From contig CM082594.2 in NCBI GenBank assembly GCA_040954595.2, forward strand, positions 4,325,319 to 4,389,318: a stretch of DNA of 64,000 nucleotides, written 5' to 3'. The position numbers and the translations under genes are program-made. Under the pieces are notes generated by a model that did no database searches, was not told the origin of the DNA, and saw nothing but the letters and a program-made list of their open reading frames with translations. This DNA is from Balanoglossus misakiensis. Taxonomy: Eukaryota; Animalia; Hemichordata. Below, one piece after another: positions 12,168-22,900 of this stretch (position 1 is its first letter; each line of letters opens with the position of its first letter).

Positions 12168-15100
12168 CCTGCATCAGGCACTGACGTTTACACATGCAAT
12201 GACCATTAAAAGCATCGTGAAGTGTGCAAATAATGAGAGTGTCTTTGTATTCGATCAGAAAATAGTGCTGATGGCACTGCGGCTACCATTTAACACAGTG
12301 TAGGAGATCTTGTTCGTAGGGGGTGCATTTCTGTGGATGGCTTAGACTCACTAACCTGATATAAAAAGGAAAATATAAATTTAGTAGAAAAGATTGCGAC
12401 ATATTTAAATAGGTTGTAGTATACCCTAAACATTTCCTGACATTAGACATTAATAAAGGAATTTTTGGTTTATAATTGGACAAAAAATCTATGTGCAATT
12501 TCCTGAGAACACCTGATGCACACTTTGCTTTCGTCAGCTAAATTTTATTTGAATAATAGCATTAAAGTTGCCACCCCCCCCCCCCAAACACCAATTTATA
12601 TAATGATACCTTTTAAAGCCTTACATTTCACAAATAATTGGTCATCATCTATCTTCGTTGGGATGATTATTAGTGTTCCACGCAAAATGCACCCGCGAAC
12701 CAAACTGATGGACACGAACGCACAGAACCAGTATGAATTGACTTTTCGTAAATGTGAGGTCATCACTTATGTGTGAAGCAAATTATCATACAATATAGGA
12801 CAATGTACTATCACACGTATACATGTACCTTCTATCTTACATATATACGAACACACTGCACGTTTCATCCTATTTATTTTGCAGTAATTTCACTAATTAC
12901 AAATCTTCGTTGCCAGGCAATTTGGCCTTTTACTGACTATACCCAGCACAGTGTCTGATTTTTTCTCCGAAACCGTTTCTAAGCACTGGTGATGATGGAT
13001 TACTTTTTATTAAAATGTATATAATGTGACTGTGCTTATTGAAAGGGCAGCCAAAATGCCATACTGCCACAGCTGTTGGCTGCTTTCACTGAAAAAAATC
13101 AGAACTCCTTTTTAATAACAGCTTTATCCACATTTCAATATTCATCAGAGCGGAACCAGAGGAGACTATGCGTGTAAAGCGAACTTTATTGTCTACCACA
13201 GCTGTTTCCGACTATTCAATGTAGAGGTGAAATAGTGATGGAATTTAAGTGACACGTGTTCCAGCAATAAAATCATGCGAGATTCATCCTATTTTTATGC
13301 TCATCCATTCTTTTGTATATAAACCACAGAAAGGCGTGACTATGTGACCGAGAAATATTCTGGGGGAAATTTTATATTTAATTTCTCCTAAATAAATTTC
13401 GACTATTAAAATTACAAGGTGCGTGAGATGCGTTGTTGTTTTATGATTAAAAAGCACTTTCTTTAAGTTTTACGACAAACTTGACCACAATTAATACGCG
13501 TTTGCTTCAGGCTTGATCGTATGATACACCGTTCATAAAGGCTAACCGATTTTCTACGAAAAGTGCAGATCATAGGCAATTATTGAGGGCGCTGTTTTTG
13601 GGTTGTCAAATGGAAATTATTAGAGTTTTGAAGGTTAGAGAATAGTTTATTACGTGCTCTGCACTGAACCGTCGACTGTGGCCTATAGCTCATCACCCTG
13701 TAGTATGGTTTTTGCACACAGAACTTGTTTCTAGAATCATTTCAGTCGAGCAATTGTCTATGACGTCACTTCAATTAACAATGCATTGAAAACCTGTTTT
13801 GAAAACCTGGCCAATTTGATTACACAATGCTACTAACAGCGTTCAACACAAACACTCCGTCCAAGTGGAATAATTTGTCACGGTGTTATCATTGCATATT
13901 AGCGCACACCCCGGGCCGGCACACGTAATGGCGAAGGCTGTGGGAGAAAATAAACAAGGCGCGCCAGGTATATAGACAGTTCAAAATGCACTTTTCTGAT
14001 ATCTGTGAATGAGTCACGCGTGCACGCGTATATACGCATTTACGCGATCCTCTCGCTTCCGCCGTGGTTTGCAACTTCACAATATTATACAACGGCGCTG
14101 ACAGGTCGGTCGTGCCTACCTTTTGGCCGGATGACACCGACAAGACGCATATATGAACCCTTGTCTTCGAATTTCGATAAAATTGTCAAAACGGTAGAAA
14201 CCTCACAGTGGATCGATAGTGTCTGAAAATAGCAGTGATTGGCCAGTCGTATATGTACAAATATACCTTGTTCTGTTTACCCGATTCGGTGAACTATTTA
14301 TACGTCCGCTAAGTGCCAAGTTTGTCGATAAAATTAGCCTTTTGAAATCCTACTAACTATAACCACTACTATAATTATCTCGTGAGCTTTTTAAAATACC
14401 GATGCTTTGTACGATTCTAAAAAGTTTGGCTCCTTGTAAAGGGACACTAGCTATATAGTAACTTTTGGTCTTTTTTCACTACGTTTGTTCTTTGCACCAC
14501 TGTCACTTTCTTGTTCGATTTCACACGCCACGCTAAATGTGTGGTACTCCCGTTGTCATCATGGTCTGTCTAGCTACGAGTAATGACTAAGATTATTGTT
14601 TACACATGATTTCAAGTGCGGACTTTTATTTTCAACATTAATTATGATGAAACTATACTTTTAGTCGCTGTCTGTGATGATAAACCATTGGACGAGATAT
14701 TTCAACATCCAAAAGTGAAAACCACGGTTACCAGTAACCGTGTTACAACTAATGAGGTTTGTGTGTTAAGTGGAGAAAAGTCTGAGATTTTATAGGAAGC
14801 AATTTGATTTGTTATAATAAGTATCATGATCTTTCCAAGCAATAAACGTGTGACTTTGTTGGTGATCGCCAGAAAGAAACGAGCGCTTCTCTTTGATGTC
14901 TCTTGTGTCGACGTCACCTTTACTGGTGGATCTTTCTGGCGAGTCCACTCTGCCTATTGTTAGTGTAATAATGTATGACTTGTGCGTGAATTCCGCCCGG
15001 GGACAATGAGATGGTGTATTCAAGCTTGACAAAACGGGACAGAATTGTTGGGTTGTACTGTTAGTCAAACAACAAGGCTCTCATTAGCGGGACAGCTTTA

Positions 15101-15309
15101 CGATTGGTGTGTACGTGTGTGTGTGCTGAAAACACACACGCCGGGCGACACCGGTGGAGAAGATATCTGCGGATTGGGGGAGTGGAGGGGAGTTGTTGAC
15201 GGGCGCTCGCGTGAAAGGAGTCGACGGCGAATGGAAGGCGGGGAAACTTTATAGGCAGGGCCTCTTCAGAAGCACCGTCACATTTAGCGAGACTACGGCA
15301 GAGAGGAAG

Positions 15310-16107
15310 ATGGCAACTAAAGATTCTCCCCGGGACGGCCTGGACCACCAGTTCCACGGGACTTTTCAGAGACAGAAACTGACAGCGGCGATGTCGAACA
15401 GCAACCCTGCGGCACCGGAGCACGGGGGCGCAGAGGCGTTCAGCGGACAGTCGAAGCAGCTGTACACCCGGCGGTCAAATCGGCAGTCGGACTTGCAGAA
15501 GGAGATAAGCGGGCTGGAGAAAGAGTACGACAAGACGATACGGGAGGTCCACAAGACGCGGTGCGATATCAGCGACGAATCGAAGGCTGCGCGAAGATGC
15601 GTGAAAACCAGGGGTGTGATGAAATCGGCGATCGATCACAACGGCCTGGTTTCTGTGAATCCCAGCGGCCAGAACAGAAACAAACTCAACGAGTCAAAGA
15701 CGGACAATTCCCTTGTCAACCAGAAGTTCATCAGCGACGTGGGACTGAACCGCGAGAAATTTACAGACCACAAGCGAAAGAAGGCGGTGGACCGACTCAG
15801 ACGCATCTCCAGGTACCGCTCCACCAGCCCCGACTCGCCGCCGCCGTCGCCGCGCAAGGGCGCCGCCTCCGAGGACGGCACGACCGCGTCCAGCTCGTAC
15901 GCCGGACTGAACACGCCGAACCGAAAGAAGAACACGAGGAAGGGGAAGGAAGCGCCGGCGGGAAAGAACCACGTCTTCAACAGACTGTCAGCCGACTCCT
16001 CGTTCTACGCCATGCCGTCGGATATATTTCTGAAACAGTGCCACAGAAAAAGCATCAAAACGCAAAAGAACCGTGCCACTTCATACAGAGGGGACTTCAA
16101 GTTTTGA
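15310..16107 (+). CDS. Intronless basic/Ser-rich hypothetical protein (about 265 aa) with a short predicted coiled coil
   Basis: Long ORF in a GC-rich island with strong G/C bias at third codon positions, against an AT-rich background. First in-frame ATG is 15310 (the track's start at 15154 is GTG). Heptad-like segment QSDLQKEISGLEKEYDKTIREVHK. No family recognised. Confidence 0.7.
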   Translation: MATKDSPRDGLDHQFHGTFQRQKLTAAMSNSNPAAPEHGGAEAFSGQSKQLYTRRSNRQSDLQKEISGLEKEYDKTIREVHKTRCDISDESKAARRCVKTRGVMKSAIDHNGLVSVNPSGQNRNKLNESKTDNSLVNQKFISDVGLNREKFTDHKRKKAVDRLRRISRYRSTSPDSPPPSPRKGAASEDGTTASSSYAGLNTPNRKKNTRKGKEAPAGKNHVFNRLSADSSFYAMPSDIFLKQCHRKSIKTQKNRATSYRGDFKF

Positions 16108-18156
16108 ACTGTAGAATTCATCGGAACTTCAGTAACTTCAGTGTCAGTAACTTATATTGTCATTTTACCGCATTATCAGTGTAAATGTTGGATTTAATTA
16201 CGTCGAAGTGAATTTTATAACTTGTATAAGCTCAGTTTTCTTCAAGTTTTCAATTGAAGTTATCAATCACATAGACTCCAGCCATGGCCAATAGATTATT
16301 ACCGTTCATTACTTAACAAGAAAAGCTACGAAGATCGTTGGACCTGTTCAAGTACCACTTGCTTCAGACCGTTTACTTTTTTACCATCTCGAAAACCGCG
16401 CGGACGAGACCAAAGTAGCGCTGTAAGCTTATATTATGGTAACGACCGTCTTCGTTTTGACAACGTGGCCGCGACTGTCTTCGTTCTAAAGTGTGCAAGA
16501 CGCAGTATTGTCATTGATTAAGGCCGTGAGCCTGGCGGTAAGCCGGAGAACGTATTTACCGTGCTGTTTGCCAACCCACTAGATATACCGTTACGACATG
16601 ACTGTTTGTTGGTTCAGCGTTCTCAAGCATCTGCTGGGAGAACGTGGTAGAGTGCGTGAGAAAGCCCCCAAGATTCGTCCGCAAACACAAACGCTGGCAA
16701 TTGCCTTGATCGCTGTGTGCATACACAAGCACGCCATTCCTTTCACTTTCAAATTGGCAATTTTCACTTTTTGATGGGGGTATCAATTCACAATCGTCCG
16801 TTTTAAATAGAATTAATGGCGTTAGTCGAATTGGTGACTGTAGCATTACACACGTGAGTGGAGGCGTTCATTATTTCAATTAGCAGTAACATTCCATCAT
16901 CTGAGATACTTTTAAGAAACGGATAGAAGTTTCTCGTGGACCGGTTTAGACTGCCTTCTCTACATTCTACATTCAAGAGTAATATACAGTGACACTGACT
17001 GCAATCATAGTGACCACATCGAAGTGAACAGATAGCTCTCTTGCAAAGTGTATCACAGAACTTTTCTTGCAATTTTTATATTATGGTAGAATACATTTCA
17101 TAGTGTTTTAAACCAATGGCAGAATACTTGCAATGTAACTCATCAGCAGGGACAGTATACAGAATATTGATGCCACCATTTGCACTGTACGGCCTTATAT
17201 GGTCAATATATCTGCCGATCATAGTATATGGCGTATTGAAATTTCATTTTACATCTCAAGTTTTTGTCACTGTATTGATCTCCAAAGAATATATGCCGCA
17301 GAAATTATAGTTTTAATGCATATTATATTGTGGCTTATACACATATTGATCAATATCAATAAAATATTTTGGAGAAACATTTGATGTTGTAGTTTCTTTG
17401 CCATGCGCTTTTACTTATTGCTATACTTTGCATGGAAACGTTGTGGTAGTTCTTGTACGCGAAATAATCGAGTTCATAAAGTCTTCCCTCGCTCTGTCTG
17501 TCTGTCTGTGCCTCTCTTAGCATTTTTTTTACAAAATCCGTGGCAAAGTCGTGATCATGCAGACCTGCGCGCGGCCTTTTTGAAGTGTCCAGCCGCCATG
17601 AAATAATGCCACCGGCCATCGCTGTATAGTAACTTGTGAATAACGGAGCGTCCTATTGTACGGTCGCTTTATGTCCGGAGTGTTGCAATTACTTTTCAAC
17701 AAGGGCGGGCGGCGTAACAAATGACCGAATGTCACGGCCCAGTCACTCGGTGTCGAAACGTCAGTAAAGTCACACGTATATACGGAGGCGTTTTCTGCCG
17801 AGGTCGTTCACCACGCTACGGCTCACCGTGTGTACGCACCATCCCGCACCCTTTGTGTTTACTTATTTGTATTTTCAAGCTGCGGTTTTTACAAACATTT
17901 TTTTGCAAACATTTGTGTTTGGCATAGCATCGAGATCCCAGCAACGGCGATGATACTGGTATTGTGAAATATTTTGCAAACGAACGCAAAATCAAACGTG
18001 CTCCCCCACAAGGTGCGTGGATGTGCACGTGACAGTTTTCCGGGTATGACCCAACGATTGCTCTATCATCACTTCCACCATCATTGCAGCCCTTAAAGTA
18101 TAGTAACCGGAGCGTGATTTCCACCTGGCGTTATATCGTCCACCGGTGAATTTCCG

Positions 18157-18502
18157 AGGGGCCCCAAAGTCAAGTCAATTTTCACTGTTCCATGATCCCA
18201 AATACCCATTTCACAAATCCTGACTTGAATCGCATTCATACGTGCCCGCGTTGCTGAGATCGGCACTGCATAAATCTTGGCGTGATAGCACGTCCAGACC
18301 ATGGCATGGGCGCGAAAAGGCTCATGGGAGCTTTGGGTGTGACGTCATTTACGATATCTGGACGTGCTGTCACGCCAAGATGTACGCAGTGCCGATCTCA
18401 GCAACGCGGGCACGTATGAATGCGATTCAAGTCAGGATTTGTGAAATGGGTATTTTGGATCATGGAACAGTGAAAATTGGCTTGACTTTGGGGCCCCTTT
18501 AA
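18157..18502. mobile_element. Foldback MITE with about 140-bp TIRs at a TTAA site (Kolobok-like termini)
   Basis: AGGGGCCCCAAAGTCAAG...CTTGACTTTGGGGCCCCT-TTAA with near-perfect arms 18157-18298 and 18357-18498. The paralogous region at 36111-36140 lacks it and has a single TTAA. Confidence 0.85.
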
Positions 18503-19028
18503 ATTCTAATTTCTACTTAACATTCAACAAACTATATTCTCTCCCATTGAACCGGTCTTCTGCTGTCAAGGAAATCGCAATGCACGAAAAAACCCACGAA
18601 GAAACTTTACGTAAAGGTCGCTGACCTTGTCCCTGGAAGACATCGGTCACCCAGTCCGTCAAACTTTCTGACCGGTTGCCGACGACGCGTCATGGATGGG
18701 TGGGCGTCGCGGTGAACGAGGATTTTGTGCAAATGGCGCCGGCGAGGTCATGCATAATAAACTTTTATGTTTTTGGACAGATTGTTCGTGCCACTCAGCC
18801 TTGACACATAAAAGTAGAAACTCATTATTTTGGCTTTTCAATAAATGATTTATAACCCGAGAGTTCTTCCTTTGAAATGCTTCGTAGATTTGACGAACTT
18901 CGGGGATGATAAAGTCTGGGCTCTTTCAATTACCCTTGGAATAGTGGACCGTGGCCTTGAACTTAACTCAGCCAATTTTACTGCGTCCACTGTGGGACTA
19001 TGGGCAAGTGGCCAGGTAGGCACCGTGT

Positions 19029-19118
19029 TAGACTTAGCCCCGAATTCGAAACTCAGCTTAGTACCAAAACTAGCTCTTATAAACCAAAAAATCACCACAC
19101 GACGAGTGGGTTAGTCTA
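19029..19118. mobile_element. TAGACT...AGTCTA element with 9-bp TSD (AcademH-like); paralogous copies at 28472-28720 and 36660-36750
   Basis: Flanks GCACCGTGT and GCACTATGT; perfect GCACCATGT pair at 36651 and 36751. Confidence 0.75.
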
Positions 19119-19974
19119 GCACTATGTTAAAGACAAGTTTATTTCATCTTCTTGGTATTTTCAATAAAATACACGAAACCAGGAACGAGCACGCTTTGTG
19201 GAAATTAATCTATTTGCTAAAAGACTTGGGCCAAACCCCTCCTCAAAATTAGTTATGTATGGTTCTGTTGTGTTTCATAAAACCAGTTGCCTTTCCGTAA
19301 TGATTGATTGTGCTCTGCTCTGCGCCCACGCTAATCGATAAATTAATAATATGTAGGATTTGAAGTGTTCCAAAGGAGTTGGTTTGAAAACAAAGAAAAC
19401 AGAAAACACGTTTCCCATCATGCAGTGTTTGAGATCAACATGTGAAACTAACTGAAACGTACCCTCCAAACCCAACCAAAACCATAAATCCTTTGGATGA
19501 TTTATATGCTTGCATTTAGCTTTATGGTACTTTAGGGTCGCGTTTTACAATCACTCTGCCGAGGAACAAGATTACTGTTCAGACTTGCGTCGCGTTGGTG
19601 CTTCGACATGGTAGCGACACGATTTGATAACGAATGTCCACTTCCTTTTCACATTTGCTAATTAAATATGTCTAGCACGTGATAATAATGATAAATAGTC
19701 ACATTTAACAGTCTGAGATGTTATCTTAATGATTTGGTTAATTTTATACAAATAATTGTAAATCGTTAGTTTTGATAAATTTGCCCCTCCCCAAAATCAC
19801 CCATCATGCACCCAGGTTACACACCTACTTGGAAATTGGTTAGACTTAAAAAGGTGGTAAGAAGTCTTAGGGCACATTTTGCTTACGGTGTCTTACGTTT
19901 AACGTACCAGTGAAAAGAGGCTCCGATTGCTACTAGTATTACAGAGTGAGTCATTGCATACAAAATATTCTTCT

Positions 19975-22900
19975 ATGGCTAAGTATATCGCCCTCTTGTT
20001 CCTCCTCACAATATGCTTTCCACGTTGTATATGCAACGTCTTTTCAAGACAAACGGATCCAAATGATCCCAACGCTTGCAGGGGATCCCAAACAACGGAT
20101 GGAACCTGGTAAGTACACTACCAGTATTAGGTTCACTAACAAGAGCTGTTGTCGCACATATTTTTGTTGGTGTGAAACTTTATTTTTCACACCGAGTAAA
20201 ACACGTGTTGATCACATGACTTAAATGAAGGTGAACGTCCATGAACGTCCATGTTTGTATGGGAGGGTCACCAGTTTTACGGCGCTGCGTTAACGACGTT
20301 TACGATTCGGCGACAAACACGTCAAGTAGGTTCCCATTTGTGAAATTTTCGTTCGATCTTTATTTCTGACAACATTATGTACATGTTCATGTAGTTTATT
20401 GTTTGAAAATCGGTGCGTATCATTTTGCTCCGCACCCCAACGGTGTTTCTTATGGATTGCTCCATAGCTGTGGCCGATACCGACACTCCTCTGCTATGCT
20501 AAGTCGGCCTCCTCTGCTATGCTAATTCCTGCGATGCTATGCTAATTCCTGCGATGCTATGCTAATTCCTGCGATGCTAACTGAATCTGATCAGCTGTCG
20601 ACCTCCTCTGCTATGCTATGTCGATCTGCGATGCTATGCTAATTCCTGCGATGCTATGCTAAGTCCTGCGATGCTAACTGAATCTGATCTGCTGTCGACC
20701 TCCTCTGCTATGCTATGTCGATCTGCGATGCTATGCTAATTCCTGCGATGCTATGCTAATTCCTGCGATGCTATGCTAATTCCTGCGATGCTATGCTAAT
20801 TCCTGCGATGCTAACTTAACCGGAAGTACTGGAGTACATTTTTACGAACAAACATACGATCGTCTCACGGACTTGGTGAAGTTGTTATTTGGACGGCCGG
20901 AGAACTGAGAAAGCGGTAAGTGATAATAAAAATAACATCTGAATATCTTATCCATAACATTTGTTTCGAAGATACGGATTTTGTAGGCGGCGACAAACTC
21001 TGCAATTAGAGGTTATAAACGGTGCGATCGTTTCCTCAGGCGCGTGTACCCCAATACCACCTGTGTGTTGTTAGCATTAACCAGTGCTAAACAAGTCAAC
21101 TGACGAACAAAAAACAAAGTTTTATTTACCTTTTGATTGTGTACATTTTGATAGCTCCACTCTACTTCAGTAAAGTCATGGTCTGTGTGTGCATTGTTAT
21201 GTTTGAAAAGCTTGCATGTCAGTCAAATGCGCAGATATCTGAGATAATCACCATTGGCTATTATTTCATCTTTGGTTTTGAAAGATGAAAACAATTTGTT
21301 ACCATAGTAACACCTATTCTAAACTAGAAATCAAGGTGATTAATTTTTTGTTTTGTTTTTAGGCATATATTCTTTGGAATTTTTTTGGTGTTTTAAGTTG
21401 AATTCAAGGACCATGTGTGTTAAAAATGTGAATATCTATTTTCAATGAATTGTTGCCAGAATTGGTAATATAATAAATTCTCAGTGTTTTATTTTATTTA
21501 CATACAGGTATGTGTAACTCACAGCTCGGCGAGTGGCCAATTCAATGGACCAAGACCCACCATGCATAAAATCTGTAAAAACAGTTGACTTTGTTACAAG
21601 TGTACTTTATTGGCAACCATGGTAAAATAAACTTGGTGAAAACTTAAATATTTCATGTGAAGTGTGTCATTCACAGAGTACAATATTCTACCCACCATTC
21701 GCCATGATTTGTATCATCAAAGGTTGCCATCTTAATATATTTTTCTGTTTAACATAGTAACAATGATAAATTGAGGAATTAGAGGGAAAATTAGACCCAA
21801 ACAGCGCATAAGTCCAGAGCTAACTTCCGCATAGCGTGAACACATCGTCGCGCTAAGAAACGATACCGGTAGGTTTGAAACCTACACCGTACGCGCGCAT
21901 TTTCTAGCAAAGGGCAGTGTAGGTTTGAAACCTACACCGTACGCGCGCATTTTCTAGCAAAGGGCAGTGTAGGTTTGAAACCTACACCGTACACGCGCAT
22001 TTTGTAGCAAAGGGACAGTGTAGGTTTGAAACCTACACCATACACGCGCATTTTGTTGCAAAGGGCAGTGTAGGTTTGAAACCTACACCGTACGCGCGCA
22101 TTTTGTAGCAAAGAGACAGTGTAGGTTTGAAACCTACACCGTGTGTCGATTTCGGCCACGGTAGAAATCCTAAAAAAATAGCGTAGACGCCAGAATCAAA
22201 ATTAACACAAGCACTGGTGAAAAAATTTTTCTTGTTGACCCGGTAGCAAGTTTGACTCGTGCTTTCTTGTTTTGAATTGACGGGATATCCCCAAACAGCG
22301 TATTTGACCCCAAAATTTACATTTGAAAAGAAAAGGTCGTGATTTTCTTAACAAAAGGCTGGGAAATGGGTGAGTGGCGCGGCTTTCCGGGCGCGTCATT
22401 GGTCAGATCGCGTTCTACATATTAATGATATGTTAATTTTTATGCTAATAAGCAACTCCTAATGTAGGTACTGGTCACAACTGAATAATTTAGCACCTAA
22501 TCATAAAGCTGCTAATAATTCAGCACCAAATTTTTCACCTACTAATAATGCGGCACCTAATCATAACGCTGCTAAAATAATTCAGCATCAAATATTTTAC
22601 CTACTAATAATTCGGCACCTAATTATAAAGCTTTGAAAAATTCAGCGCTAAATCGTTTACCTGCTTATAATTGAGCACATAATTCCTAATAATCAGCACC
22701 TATCTATGCAAATATAAAATGTTTAGCAAATAATGATAAAAATAGTCAATAATACTAAATGGCAAAAAGCATTAATCGACTTATTTAGTTTTGGCGGGGA
22801 TCTCACCCCATAAGTGGCAACAAAGTGTCTCGAATTTGTAACATCTACGGCACTTCCTGTTTATCGTCTATTGTGTGATGTTTATCTGTGAGGCATGTAC

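Larger units (their letters stand above)
20258..22812. mobile_element. About 2.55-kb insertion (TATGGG...CCCATA ends) carrying three different tandem arrays
   Basis: Absent from intron 1 of copies 2 and 3. Contains 20-bp and 50-bp arrays and a degenerate TAATAATTCAGCACC array. Boundaries are inferred from short inverted ends. Confidence 0.55.

Noticed and set aside
15561-16184. Overlapping 207-aa ORF and antisense ORFs on the GC-rich gene
   Set aside because: Expected from stop-codon scarcity in GC-rich coding DNA; no independent support.
18093-18502. Mirror-image ORFs on both strands (WTCxHAKxYAVPISATRARMNAIQ)
   Set aside because: Artefact of the long inverted repeats of a MITE.
21869-22142. 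CRISPR array (palindromic repeat containing GTTT/GAAAC at regular spacing)
   Set aside because: The spacers are near-identical to one another, there are no cas genes, and the array lies in a eukaryotic intron; it is a minisatellite.
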